Shown here in pieces: positions 1-10,462 of a stretch of 32,000 nt of DNA (positions are counted from its first letter, which is position 1; the number at the start of each line of letters is the position of its first letter). The translations under genes and the position numbers were made by a program. Source of the stretch: Nitrosospira multiformis ATCC 25196 (GTDB lineage: Bacteria > Pseudomonadota > Gammaproteobacteria > Burkholderiales > Nitrosomonadaceae); contig NC_007614.1 of the NCBI RefSeq assembly GCF_000196355.1, forward strand, positions 2,130,001 through 2,162,000. The letters are read 5' to 3'. The notes beneath the pieces are model-generated. The model had not been told where the DNA came from and ran no database searches. It saw nothing but the letters and a program-made list of their open reading frames with translations.

Positions 1-874
1 ATTCCTGTTTGTACATGAGCGTGCAGGACGGCACCGCTGTAAGTATTGCATAACCTTCCCTGGCCAGTTTCGCCAAGGGAGGGATATTTTTATCCTTGAG
101 TTCTTTCACGGCTTGCAAGTCACCCAGCTCCAGCTTCGGCATTCCACAACAGGCTTCTTTCTCCACCAGGCATACTGGAATCTCGTTATGGTCCAGTATC
201 TTCAATAAATCGTGCCCTATTCCGGGCTCGTTATAGTTGATGTAACAGGTGGAATAAATTGCCACTTTCCCGGGCGTTCGCTCGCCGTTGCGCACCGCGT
301 GGTCCGCGTTCGGCTGGGCGGTCTTGCGAAATCTGTGACTGTCGTACTCCGGCAATCTGCGCTCTGCATGAATGCCAAGCATGCTGTCCATCAGTTTGCG
401 GGTAGCGGGCGCCTTGTTGATCGCATTGACTGCCTGGACCACGACGGGAATGCTGGCAAGCTTGCCCACCGCGTCGGTGCTGGATAATAGCTTGTCACGG
501 AAACTCGTACCGCCTTTTTCGTGCTTGACTGCCTTGGCGCGCAGCATCAGGTGTGGAAAATCGACATTCCATGGATGAGGGGGCACATACGGGCATTTCG
601 TCATGGAGCACATATCGCAGAGATAGCAGCGATCCACTACCTCCCAATATCTCGATTTCTCCACCGCGTCCAGTTCGCCGGTCGACCCCTCATCTATGAG
701 ATCGAACAAGCGCGGAAATGCGGTGCACAGATTCACACAGCGGCGGCAACCGTGACATATGTCGAAGACACGCTCCATCTCCGCGAACAGCTTGGGTTCG
801 TCATAATATTCCGGATTTTCCCAGTCGATGGGAAGGCGCTTCGGCGCCTCCAGGCTGCCTTCGCGAGTGGTCAT
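1..874 (-). CDS. (Fe-S)-binding oxidoreductase subunit, GlpC/HdrD-like (two 4Fe-4S cysteine motifs plus a CCG domain). Its 3' end runs off the left edge of the window.
   Basis: Absent from the ORF track because it is open at the window edge. My reverse-complement translation from the ATG at 874..872 reads [50 protein letters not shown]...[14 protein letters not shown]...[16 protein letters not shown], with no stop down to position 1. No obvious SD. Confidence 0.75.
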   Translation of the reverse strand, partial: MTTREGSLEAPKRLPIDWENPEYYDEPKLFAEMERVFDICHGCRRCVNLCTAFPRLFDLIDEGSTGELDAVEKSRYWEVVDRCYLCDMCSMTKCPYVPPHPWNVDFPHLMLRAKAVKHEKGGTSFRDKLLSSTDAVGKLASIPVVVQAVNAINKAPATRKLMDSMLGIHAERRLPEYDSHRFRKTAQPNADHAVRNGERTPGKVAIYSTCYINYNEPGIGHDLLKILDHNEIPVCLVEKEACCGMPKLELGDLQAVKELKDKNIPPLAKLAREGYAILTAVPSCTLMYKQE

Positions 875-924
875 GCGTGAAAATGGATGGGGAAATAAAA
901 CAGATGGAAATTCGGTTGAAAATT

Positions 925-984
925 CCCGAACAATAACAATACAAGCGGAAGGAACGGGATGCAGGATCCGATCCCTTCCGCTTG
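925..984 (-). terminator. Rho-independent terminator candidate downstream of the rubrerythrin gene
   Basis: Perfect 11-bp arms, caagcggaagg (942-952) and ccttccgcttg (974-984), with extra inner pairing (cgg-gat/gatccg). On the minus strand the hairpin is followed by T-rich tgtattgttattgtt. Confidence 0.55.
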
Positions 985-1033
985 CTGTCTATAGTCGCCT
1001 ATCGGATCGACTGTCGCATTACTTGTCGAATCG

Positions 1034-1456
1034 TCAGTCGCCGAGACTGTCCAAGGCCTTTTGGAAGCGATTGGCGTGGGAGCGCTCGGCCTTGCCCAAT
1101 GTCTCAAACCATTCGGCGATTTCATCGAAACCTTCATCACGTGCAGTTTTAGCCATTCCGGGATACATATCGGTATATTCATGCGTCTCTCCCGCAATGG
1201 CTGTTTCAAGGTTGGCGCGCGTCGAACCAAATGGCAAGCCGGTAGCTGGATCTCCACTCGCCTCCAGGTATTCGAGGTGACCGTGCGCATGTCCGGTTTC
1301 GCCTTCAGCAGTCGAGCGGAAAACCACTGCCACATCGTTTTGCCCTTCCACATCCGCTTTGTTTGCGAAGTAGAGATAACGCCGGTTCGCCTGCGATTCC
1401 CCGGCAAAAGCCGCTTTCAAGTTTTCCTCGGTTTTGGTTCCTTTGAGTTCCATCAT
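1034..1456 (-). CDS. Rubrerythrin-family diiron protein without a rubredoxin domain (140 aa)
   Basis: The ORF begins [30 protein letters not shown]. It has ExxH-type diiron ligand motifs ([17 protein letters not shown]). An AGGAGG SD lies 5-7 nt upstream of the ATG. Confidence 0.85.
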   Translation of the reverse strand: MMELKGTKTEENLKAAFAGESQANRRYLYFANKADVEGQNDVAVVFRSTAEGETGHAHGHLEYLEASGDPATGLPFGSTRANLETAIAGETHEYTDMYPGMAKTARDEGFDEIAEWFETLGKAERSHANRFQKALDSLGD

Positions 1457-1651
1457 TCCCCTCCTGTAATCAAATTGCCATAAATAGAGCTTTACACCGA
1501 TGCGGCCGGATATGCGCTCCGAATGAACCTGGATCCGTACGCATCAGCTCACTCTAGCTCTATGAGACTATCGAAGGCTACTTGAGTTGTCAACCGCCTA
1601 TATGCGTTCTTTATATTCCGCCTTTCCGCCGATGCGAACCGGACTGAAAAT

Positions 1652-2608
1652 TCAGGTAAGCAGGTTTTGCGGCTTGCCTGCCACCCAGGCTTCGATATTG
1701 TCGACCAGCTGATCGGCAAGAAAACGCATGGCCTCGGTAGAGGCCCAAGCAATATGAGGTGTCAGGATAAAGTTGGGACGGCGCAAGCCAAGCAGGGGAT
1801 TGCCGTTTCTGGGAGGTTCCGTCGTCAGCACATCGAAACCGGCGCCGGCGATAGTGCCATCGTCCAGAGCCTGTACCAATGCCGCCTCATCCACCAATCC
1901 TCCCCGCGCCGTGTTGATGAGCAATGCGCTGCGCTTCATCTTGCGCAATTCGTTCACGCCAATCAGGTTTCGGGTAGCGGGGGTCAGCGGGCAATGCAGC
2001 GAGAGGATGTCGGATTCCGCAAGTACCTGATCGAAGGGGGTAAGAACCATGTCCTTCTTCTTTCGCGATTCATGATGGGCAAACAGCACGCGCATGCCGA
2101 ATCCCTGTGCAATGGCGGCGGTACCGCGCCCGATCGTGCCCTCCCCGACAATACCGATGGTGGCGCCAAACAACTCACGGATCTCATGAGTAAACAGGCA
2201 GAACTGCTCCGATTTCTGCCACCTTCCCTGCTCGACCTCCTGTCGATAGGCTAAAAGATTTCTGCGTAGCGCGAGCACCAGGGCGAATACATGCTCAGGC
2301 ACGGTATGAATTGCATAATTGCGGATATTCGCCACTGCAATGCCGTGTCGGCGACAAGCACCGATATCGACAGCGTCATATCCGGTGGCCGCAATGGCGA
2401 CCATTTTCAGCTTTGGCAATTGTGCCAGAGTTTCCTCGCTCAACCCCACCTTGTTGATGATTGCGATGGTTGCATGCTGTAAATGCGACACCACCTGGTC
2501 AGGCTTCGTTTTGGCGTACTCCTCATACGTGTGCTCGAAATTAGGCCGGCGCACTTCCACCTTCAGGGAATCCCTTTCCAGAAAAACGACGTGATGATTC
2601 ATGTTCAT
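1652..2608 (-). CDS. D-isomer-specific 2-hydroxyacid dehydrogenase (glycerate dehydrogenase / hydroxypyruvate reductase family)
   Basis: Rossmann motif GIVGEGTIGRG and the family-typical C-terminus ...ILTPHIAWAS. I place the start at the internal MNMNHH (ATG 2608), preceded by AAGAGGGAA. The track's 5' extension to 2746 would overlap the upstream EamA gene. Confidence 0.8.
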   Translation of the reverse strand: MNMNHHVVFLERDSLKVEVRRPNFEHTYEEYAKTKPDQVVSHLQHATIAIINKVGLSEETLAQLPKLKMVAIAATGYDAVDIGACRRHGIAVANIRNYAIHTVPEHVFALVLALRRNLLAYRQEVEQGRWQKSEQFCLFTHEIRELFGATIGIVGEGTIGRGTAAIAQGFGMRVLFAHHESRKKKDMVLTPFDQVLAESDILSLHCPLTPATRNLIGVNELRKMKRSALLINTARGGLVDEAALVQALDDGTIAGAGFDVLTTEPPRNGNPLLGLRRPNFILTPHIAWASTEAMRFLADQLVDNIEAWVAGKPQNLLT

Positions 2609-2682
2609 TTCCCTCTTGTGTGAAATTTGTACAGGAAACCGGAATTCCGGTACCAGTACCGGCAGAACCGGTGTGGACGGTA

Positions 2683-3588
2683 TTACTCCCGGTTCATCCT
2701 CGCTGAAAAGAGACTGGCCGAAACGATCATTGCTCCACCCGCCCATTCCCTCAGTGTCATGGCTTCATCCGTCAGGAAGTAAGCCGCCACCGCCGCCACT
2801 ACCAACTCGAACAGCATAATCACGATAGCCTGGTTGGCAGGGGTATGGGTAAGCCCGTATTGCACCACCAGACTCAGGGCAAATACCGTCAACCCCACCA
2901 GCAGCAGGAGCAGAAACGTATAGGTGGAAACATCGACCGAGGCAGGCAGACCAGCCAGGAACAGACTGTAGCCTAACGCCACCAGCGCAACTCCCAACCA
3001 TACTGCAACCGATTTTAATTGAACATCATGATACTGGTCTTTTCTGCTCAGCACGTTGGCCAAAGCGAACATGAAACCAGCGGATATTCCCATCCAGTCG
3101 GCATAGGAGGAAGGCAGCAGGCTGCCTTCCGGTTGCCATAACATGATTATCGCACCCCCCAGGGAAAAAACGATAACTAGATAACCGTGCATGCTTAACA
3201 TCTCACCCAGCAGGAAGCGCGCGAACACGATGGTCCATAACGGCGAGAGGTAAAATAACAGCATGACCCGCATGATTTCGCCATGGAGCACACCGAGGAC
3301 GTAAGCGAGATTCGCCCACCCTGCGGACAATCCTATTCCGACCAGCAGCCAGGTTTCCATGTCAAGTATGCGTATGGTGCGCAATTCATGACGAAATACA
3401 GCCAGGCCGAGCAACAGGGCCACAAGATAGGTAATAACGGTTGCAGCCGCACCGCTTACCCCGGCCTGCTCCAATAATCGATAGGGATACCACAGCAAAC
3501 CCCAGATTGTAGCCCCCACAAGCAGGGCAGCAATGGGGAAAGCCCCATGTCCACCTCGGGTATATTGTTTATTTTGCTTTGTGAGCAA
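2683..3588 (-). CDS. DMT/EamA-family membrane transporter
   Basis: 301 aa, hydrophobic throughout, with about 10 predicted TM segments and the duplicated EamA-like architecture. TTG start with an AGAGGG SD 7 nt upstream. Confidence 0.7.
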   Translation of the reverse strand: MLTKQNKQYTRGGHGAFPIAALLVGATIWGLLWYPYRLLEQAGVSGAAATVITYLVALLLGLAVFRHELRTIRILDMETWLLVGIGLSAGWANLAYVLGVLHGEIMRVMLLFYLSPLWTIVFARFLLGEMLSMHGYLVIVFSLGGAIIMLWQPEGSLLPSSYADWMGISAGFMFALANVLSRKDQYHDVQLKSVAVWLGVALVALGYSLFLAGLPASVDVSTYTFLLLLLVGLTVFALSLVVQYGLTHTPANQAIVIMLFELVVAAVAAYFLTDEAMTLREWAGGAMIVSASLFSARMNRE

Positions 3589-3662
3589 GAGAGTGCCCTC
3601 TTATAATCCTGCTTCGATCAATAACTCAACGGGGAATAGAGCTTTCTTCCCATCGCCTTAAA

Positions 3663-4856
3663 TTGAATCCCAATCTGAACCGCCTGCAACCATACCCTTT
3701 TGAGAAACTCACCAAGCTATTTGAAGGAATCGAGCCTGCATCGGCTTTTACGCCTATCAGTCTCCACATCGGAGAGCCCAAGCATTCGACTCCGGATTTC
3801 ATTCGCCAGGCCTTGATGGAAAATCTGGTGAAGATGGCGCACTATCCGGCAACCCTCGGCGCACGCTCCCTGCGCGCCAGCATCGGCAAATGGCTGATGC
3901 AGCGCTACGGCCTGCCGGCAATCGACCCCGATACGGAAATCCTGCCGGTCAATGGCAGCCGCGAAGCCTTGTTTTCTTTTGCGCAGGCAGTGATCGATTC
4001 TTCCAAGCCCGGTGCAATTGTAATTTGTCCGAACCCGTTTTATCAGATATACGAAGGCGCTGCATTGCTTGCGGGCGCAACGCCCAGTTTCCTCAATACC
4101 CTGCCAGAGAATGATTTTTCGCTCGACTATGCTCAATTACCGGATGAAGTATGGTCGCGCACGCAGCTTGTGTATGTCTGTTCGCCCGGGAATCCCACCG
4201 GCCGCGTAATGTCGATGGACGAATGGCGCCATCTGTTCGAACTTTCGGACCGTTATGGATTTGTCATTGCATCGGACGAATGTTACTCTGAAATCTATTT
4301 TGATGAAGCTTCTCCTCCATTGGGCGCGCTCCAGGCCGCCCACCGCTTGGGCCGGGAGGGCTTCTCCCGGCTGGTGGTATTCAGCAGCCTTTCCAAAAGA
4401 TCGAATGTTCCCGGCATGCGTTCCGGATTCGTTGCCGGAGATGCGGCGATCCTGAAAAAATTCCTGCTCTACCGCACCTATCATGGCAGCGCGATGAACC
4501 CGGCGGTACAGGCGGCCAGCGAAGAGGCCTGGAATGATGAGGTTCATGTTGTCGAAAACCGCCGCCTCTACCGGGAGAAATTCAAGGCAGTCATCAAATT
4601 ACTACAGGGCGCGCTGTCGGTTTCGCTGCCGGACGCGGCTTTCTACCTGTGGTTGAAGGTCCCGGTGAATGACGTCGAGTTCGCCCGGCAGCTCTATCGC
4701 GATTATAATGTCACGGTTTTGCCCGGCAGCTACCTCGCACGGCATGCGCACGGGATTAACCCCGGCGAAAATTTTGTCCGCATTGCCCTGGTGGCATCCG
4801 TAATGGAATGCGCCGCCGCTACCGAACGGATAAAGAAGCTGGTATCCAGATTGTAG
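3663..4856 (+). CDS. dapC: Succinyldiaminopimelate transaminase (class I aminotransferase)
   Basis: The N-terminus MNPNLNRLQPYPFEKL... is typical of betaproteobacterial DapC. PLP-lysine context SSLSKRSNVPGMRSG. It lies directly upstream of dapD-dapE. Apparent TTG start. Confidence 0.8.
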   Translation: MNPNLNRLQPYPFEKLTKLFEGIEPASAFTPISLHIGEPKHSTPDFIRQALMENLVKMAHYPATLGARSLRASIGKWLMQRYGLPAIDPDTEILPVNGSREALFSFAQAVIDSSKPGAIVICPNPFYQIYEGAALLAGATPSFLNTLPENDFSLDYAQLPDEVWSRTQLVYVCSPGNPTGRVMSMDEWRHLFELSDRYGFVIASDECYSEIYFDEASPPLGALQAAHRLGREGFSRLVVFSSLSKRSNVPGMRSGFVAGDAAILKKFLLYRTYHGSAMNPAVQAASEEAWNDEVHVVENRRLYREKFKAVIKLLQGALSVSLPDAAFYLWLKVPVNDVEFARQLYRDYNVTVLPGSYLARHAHGINPGENFVRIALVASVMECAAATERIKKLVSRL

Positions 4857-4904
4857 CGGGTAGCCTGGAGCAGCGATATATCAACAAGAAATCAAAGGAA
4901 GATC

Positions 4905-5726
4905 ATGGATCAGCTCCAAAGTACGATTGAAGAAGCGTTTGAACGCCGCGCCGAGATGACCCCGCGTAACGTCGAAGCGAAGCTCAAGGAATCCATTACC
5001 CAGGTACTGGAAATGCTCGACAGCGGCAAACTGCGGGTGGCGGAAAAAACAGACGGCGAATGGAAAACCCATCAATGGATAAAAAAAGCGGTGCTGTTGT
5101 CGTTCCGCATCGAGGACAACAGCTTCATCAAGGGTGGATTTTCCAATTATTTCGACAAAGTACCTTCCAAGTTCGCAGATTACAGCTCCCGCGATTTTCG
5201 TAATGGCGGTTTCCGCGTCGTGCCTCCCGCAACCGTACGCAAAGGCGCTTTCATTGCCAGCAATGTCGTACTGATGCCCTCCTACGTCAATATCGGCGCA
5301 TACGTAGATGAAGGGACCATGGTCGACACCTGGGCTACAGTGGGTTCCTGCGCCCAGATCGGAAAAAACGTGCATCTATCCGGTGGGGTCGGAATCGGCG
5401 GGGTGCTCGAGCCCGTGCAGGCCAATCCTACCATCATCGAGGACAACTGCTTCATCGGCGCGCGTTCGGAAGTCGTGGAAGGCGTGATTGTCGGTGAAAA
5501 CTCCGTGATTTCCATGGGGGTATACATCGGTCAGAGCACCCGGATTTATAACCGCGAAACAGGTGAAATCAGCTATGGCCGTATCCCTCCCGGTTCCGTC
5601 GTCGTTTCCGGCAGCCTGCCTTCCGCAGATGGCAAATACAGCCTCTATTGCGCAGTCATCGTGAAACAGGTGGACGCCAAGACCCGAGCTAAAACCGGTA
5701 TCAATGAGCTGTTAAGGGGAATTTAA
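4905..5726 (+). CDS. dapD: 2,3,4,5-tetrahydropyridine-2,6-dicarboxylate N-succinyltransferase
   Basis: 273 aa with hexapeptide-repeat left-handed beta-helix sequence ([36 protein letters not shown]). AAGGAAG SD. Sits in dapC/dapE context. Confidence 0.9.
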   Translation: MDQLQSTIEEAFERRAEMTPRNVEAKLKESITQVLEMLDSGKLRVAEKTDGEWKTHQWIKKAVLLSFRIEDNSFIKGGFSNYFDKVPSKFADYSSRDFRNGGFRVVPPATVRKGAFIASNVVLMPSYVNIGAYVDEGTMVDTWATVGSCAQIGKNVHLSGGVGIGGVLEPVQANPTIIEDNCFIGARSEVVEGVIVGENSVISMGVYIGQSTRIYNRETGEISYGRIPPGSVVVSGSLPSADGKYSLYCAVIVKQVDAKTRAKTGINELLRGI

Positions 5727-6920
<1,194 letters not shown>

Positions 6921-6945
6921 GAATAAAAATGGAGATGGACCATTT

Positions 6946-7194
6946 CTACGGGCGGGACTGACCCGGACGTACACGCACATCACCCACTGCCCGCTCTCGC
7001 AACTCCCGCAGCACCTCCAGCCGGTGGAGCAGCACTGTTGCGGTGGCGGTACACCGCCTGGCAAAGCAGTCTCCATTGCTGGATATGATCCTGGCCGATG
7101 AGGCGTCCCCAAAAGCTGCATGAGCAGCACGATAAGTATTGCTTGCCATACACGGACGTCCCTGCGTTAATCCTGGCATATTCGCGGAGTTCAT
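6946..7194 (-). CDS. Hypothetical small protein (82 aa)
   Basis: Internal ATG of ORF 6946..7266, preceded by a strong SD (GGAAGGAGGCAAGAAATG). I recognise no domain. It converges on dapE, with an AAATGG/CCATTT hairpin between the two genes. Confidence 0.4.
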   Translation of the reverse strand: MNSANMPGLTQGRPCMASNTYRAAHAAFGDASSARIISSNGDCFARRCTATATVLLHRLEVLRELRERAVGDVRVRPGQSRP

Positions 7195-7369
7195 TTCTTG
7201 CCTCCTTCCGTTGCCAACGGTTAACTCTATAGTACGGCTCACAATTCCGTTTTCGAATATTTTCAAGCGATTAAAAGATAGACGTTAAATCAGGAGTCTT
7301 TCGTCCGACGGCGGGCGGATGGTCGACATACAGATCCTCAAGACTACTTTTTCTCACGGACAAGAATGA

Positions 7370-8278
7370 ATGTTCATTGAAGCCAAAAACCAGCTCCAGA
7401 CCATCCGCGACGTACTGCGTTTCGCCATAAGCCGCTTTAACGATGCAGGGCTTCATTTTGGTCATGGCTCTGCCTCGGCGTATGACGAAGCAGCTTATCT
7501 CATTCTCCACACGCTGCATCTTCCACTTGACCGGCTGGAACCGTTTCTGGATGCCCGCATCCTTCCGGGCGAGCTGGAACTGGTCCTGAAAATAATCGAG
7601 CGCCGTGCAACAGAAAAGATTCCGGCTGCCTATCTGACGAGAGAAGCCTGGCTGGGGGATTTCCATTTTTATGTGGATGAACGCGTGATCGTACCGCGCT
7701 CCTTCATTGCGGAATTGCTGCGAGAACAACTTGCGCCCTGGATGGAAGAGCCGGCAGAAGTTTATTCCGCATTGGATCTTTGCACCGGCTCCGGATGTCT
7801 GGCGATACTGCTCGCACATGCGTTTCCCAATGCAGCCATCGATGCGACAGATATTTCAGCGAATGCCTTGCAGGTTGCTGAAAAAAATGTGGAGGAGTAT
7901 GGCCTGGAGGACCGGATCGATCTTATCCAGTCGGATCTATTCGCGGCATTGGCAGACCGCCGCTACGATCTTATTGTCAGCAATCCGCCCTATGTCAACG
8001 CGGAAGCAATGGCAGCGTTGCCGGAGGAATATCGCCATGAGCCGCAGAGTGCGCTTGCCAGCGGCGAGGATGGACTGAAGGCGACAAAGGTAATACTACG
8101 GGACGCAGCAAACCATTTGACCGCTGATGGGTTACTCATTGTCGAAATCGGTCATAACAGGGAAGCCCTGGAGCGTGCCTTTCCCGATACACCTTTTACC
8201 TGGCTGGACACCAGTGCAGGCGATGAGTTTGTTTTCCTGCTGAAACGGGACCAGCTTCCCAGGCATCAGGCTTTGTAA
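7370..8278 (+). CDS. prmB: 50S ribosomal protein L3 N5-glutamine methyltransferase
   Basis: Collinear with E. coli PrmB as I recall it: LQTIRD..., YLTREAWLGDFHFYVDERVIVPRS, LDLCTGSGCLAI, VSNPPYV, EYRHEP. Confidence 0.9.
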   Translation: MFIEAKNQLQTIRDVLRFAISRFNDAGLHFGHGSASAYDEAAYLILHTLHLPLDRLEPFLDARILPGELELVLKIIERRATEKIPAAYLTREAWLGDFHFYVDERVIVPRSFIAELLREQLAPWMEEPAEVYSALDLCTGSGCLAILLAHAFPNAAIDATDISANALQVAEKNVEEYGLEDRIDLIQSDLFAALADRRYDLIVSNPPYVNAEAMAALPEEYRHEPQSALASGEDGLKATKVILRDAANHLTADGLLIVEIGHNREALERAFPDTPFTWLDTSAGDEFVFLLKRDQLPRHQAL

Positions 8279-9213
8279 CCGACCAGTTCCAGCAGGCGTC
8301 CTATCTCTGCCTCGTTCAATTCCATCGACTTTCCCCGTTTCAAACGGGAGGGCAAGTTGATAGGGCCAAAACGAACCCGCATCAGGCGGCTCACCGTCAT
8401 TCCCACCGCTTCGAACATCCGCCGTACTTCGCGATTCCTGCCTTCCTTCAATATCACGCGATACCAGTGGTTGGAGCCCTCACCCCCTTCATCCGACAGG
8501 TAATCGAACTTGGCCGCGCCGTCCTCCAGCTCAACACCCGAGGTCAGCAACGTTGCCTGCTCCGGCGTCAGCCTTCCGATGATCCGCACTGCGTATTCGC
8601 GCTCGACTTCGAAGCGCGGATGCATCAGCCGGTTGGCCAATTCCCCATCCGTGGTGAAAACCAGCAAACCGCTGGTGTTGTAATCCAACCTGCCAATAGC
8701 AATCCATTTGGACGACCTCAACTGCGGCAGTTTGTCGAAGACCGACGTACGGCCTTGGGGATCATCCTGGCTGACGATTTCCCCCTCCGGCTTGTGATAG
8801 AGCATGACGCGGGGCAGACGGCGGGCGGATCTGAAGTGAACGACGCGCTTCCCTACTCTCACGACATCTCGAGCGGCGATACGGTCCCCCACTTGTGCGG
8901 TCTTTCCGTTGATCGTCACCTGTCCACTGGCGATCAGCTCTTCCATTTCGCGTCTCGAACCCAATCCCGCCTGGGCCAGCACCTTGTGCAATTTCTGCGT
9001 AACGGGTTGAGGGGAGGTGGAACCCACGCCAGATTGAGGTGTTGCCGCGGGTTTTATCGATCCCTTTAGCCCCGCTCCTCTCAGCCGGCTTCGTACAGGC
9101 GATTGGAGTGATTTGGGTGAGTCTGCCGGAGTTGACGAAGCGGGAGACTTTGTGATTTTCATGGAACGGCGTCGTCTGACCGCCTCGGGGGACGGCGATG
9201 ACCTGGTTTTCAT
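8266..9213 (-). CDS. rluB: 23S rRNA pseudouridine synthase, RluB-like (S4 domain plus RsuA/RluB catalytic domain), with an N-terminal extension of about 70 aa rich in S/P/K/R
   Basis: S4 domain KLHKVLAQAGLGSRREMEELIASGQVTINGK. Catalytic motif GRLDYNTSGLL. GGAG SD 6 nt before ATG 9213. The 3' end overlaps the prmB 3' end by 13 nt. Confidence 0.85.
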   Translation of the reverse strand: MKTRSSPSPEAVRRRRSMKITKSPASSTPADSPKSLQSPVRSRLRGAGLKGSIKPAATPQSGVGSTSPQPVTQKLHKVLAQAGLGSRREMEELIASGQVTINGKTAQVGDRIAARDVVRVGKRVVHFRSARRLPRVMLYHKPEGEIVSQDDPQGRTSVFDKLPQLRSSKWIAIGRLDYNTSGLLVFTTDGELANRLMHPRFEVEREYAVRIIGRLTPEQATLLTSGVELEDGAAKFDYLSDEGGEGSNHWYRVILKEGRNREVRRMFEAVGMTVSRLMRVRFGPINLPSRLKRGKSMELNEAEIGRLLELVGYKA

Positions 9214-9462
9214 CGCAGCTCCAATTTCAAGCCTTCCAATTTCCAGTTTCCCATGCTAGCGAGTGCTCGGATGGGATGAGAAAAACGGTGGGCTGTTTGT
9301 ACTGAACCTTCGTCTTCCCGTTCGCCCTGAACTTGTCCAAGGTCGAACAGGCTCAGGATATATCCTCCGACAGGCTTAGAGCGAATTTTTCGGGGAGCGA
9401 GCAGATAAAAAGACGGCATAAGAAACAAGGGGCAGAGTGAATATTTGCGAAATAAATGCTTG

Positions 9463-10062
9463 CTACTTGACTTCCCTGCGCTCGAGCACTGCCTGCGCGA
9501 GGGTACCGCTATCCACGTGCTCCAACTCCCCCCCCACTGGCAATCCCCGCGCGATACGCGTGATTTTCAGGCCCTCGTTCTGCAGCATCTCCCCGATATA
9601 ATGCGCCGTAGCTTCACCTTCCACGGTAAAATTGGTAGCAAGAATGACTTCCTTCACCATATTATCCCGAGCGCGCTTCAACAGCCGATCAAGATTGATT
9701 TCCCGAGGGCCGATGCCATCCAGAGGTGAGAGTCGCCCCATCAACACGAAATACATGCCTTTGTAGCAATGTGCCTGCTCCATCATTAGCAAATCGGCAG
9801 GCATCTCCACCACGCACAGCAGAGCAGGATCCCGCCGTTGAGAACTGCATAACTCGCATACGACCTCTTCGGTAAAGTTATTGCATTTTTCGCAATGCCT
9901 GACATGTTCCAGTGCATAGTCGAGTGAATCTGCGAGGCGACGCGCCCCCTCCTGGTCGCGCTGCAACAAATGATATGCCATGCGTTGTGCTGACCGGGGA
10001 CCGACACCGGGCAAGCAGCGTAACGCATTGATCAATTCATCGAGACTCCGCGGGGCGTTCAC
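9463..10062 (-). CDS. recR: Recombination protein RecR
   Basis: 199 aa. Hh[22 protein letters not shown]4 zinc finger [16 protein letters not shown], Toprim region. Confidence 0.95.
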   Translation of the reverse strand: MNAPRSLDELINALRCLPGVGPRSAQRMAYHLLQRDQEGARRLADSLDYALEHVRHCEKCNNFTEEVVCELCSSQRRDPALLCVVEMPADLLMMEQAHCYKGMYFVLMGRLSPLDGIGPREINLDRLLKRARDNMVKEVILATNFTVEGEATAHYIGEMLQNEGLKITRIARGLPVGGELEHVDSGTLAQAVLERREVK

Positions 10063-10124
10063 TCAAACGTAAAATTATTCAATAGAATCAGGAACTGCGG
10101 GATTGCGCCAATCTGGAATTCACG

Positions 10125-10451
10125 TTAGAACGGCAGTTTCATTCCCGGGGGCAGGCCCAAACCGGAGGTAAATCCCGCCATTTTTTCCTGAGTCGTTGAT
10201 TCCACCCGCCGCACCGCGTCATTCACCGCTGCTGCGATCAAATCTTCCAGCATCTCCTTATCGTCTCCCATGAGACTGCTGTCAATGCTCACGCGCCTGA
10301 CATCATAACGGCATGTCATCACGACTTTCACCATACCTGCGCCGGATTGGCCCTCAACTTCTATCGAAGCCAATTTCTCCTGCATGGCTTTCATGTTCTC
10401 CTGCATCTGCTGAGCCTGCTTCATCAGGTTGCCCAAGCCACCTTTCATCAT
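10125..10451 (-). CDS. ybaB: Nucleoid-associated protein YbaB/EbfC
   Basis: [27 protein letters not shown]... is typical of the family and the gene sits in dnaX-ybaB-recR context. I prefer ATG 10451 because the track's start at 10463 abuts the dnaX stop codon. Confidence 0.9.
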   Translation of the reverse strand: MMKGGLGNLMKQAQQMQENMKAMQEKLASIEVEGQSGAGMVKVVMTCRYDVRRVSIDSSLMGDDKEMLEDLIAAAVNDAVRRVESTTQEKMAGFTSGLGLPPGMKLPF

Positions 10452-10462
10452 TTTTACCTCCA

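Noticed and set aside
871-1483. ORFs 871..1407 (-), 828..1280 (+) and 1061..1483 (+) overlapping rubrerythrin.
   Set aside because: They are alternative frames of a gene whose rubrerythrin frame has clear diiron motifs and an SD. They show no independent support.
2609-2746. 46-codon N-terminal extension of the dehydrogenase ORF given in the track.
   Set aside because: It overlaps the 3' end of the EamA gene. The extension is not dehydrogenase-like, and an internal ATG (2608) has a good SD and matches the usual family N-terminus.
9210-9428. 72-aa minus-strand ORF filling the recR-rluB spacer, with its stop overlapping the rluB ATG (ATGA).
   Set aside because: No SD and an unremarkable sequence. 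The region is more likely the rluB promoter and leader. It contains a GAAATTGGA direct repeat with 15-nt period and a 12-bp palindrome AGGATATATCCT, but palindromes of that size are expected several times by chance in 32 kb.
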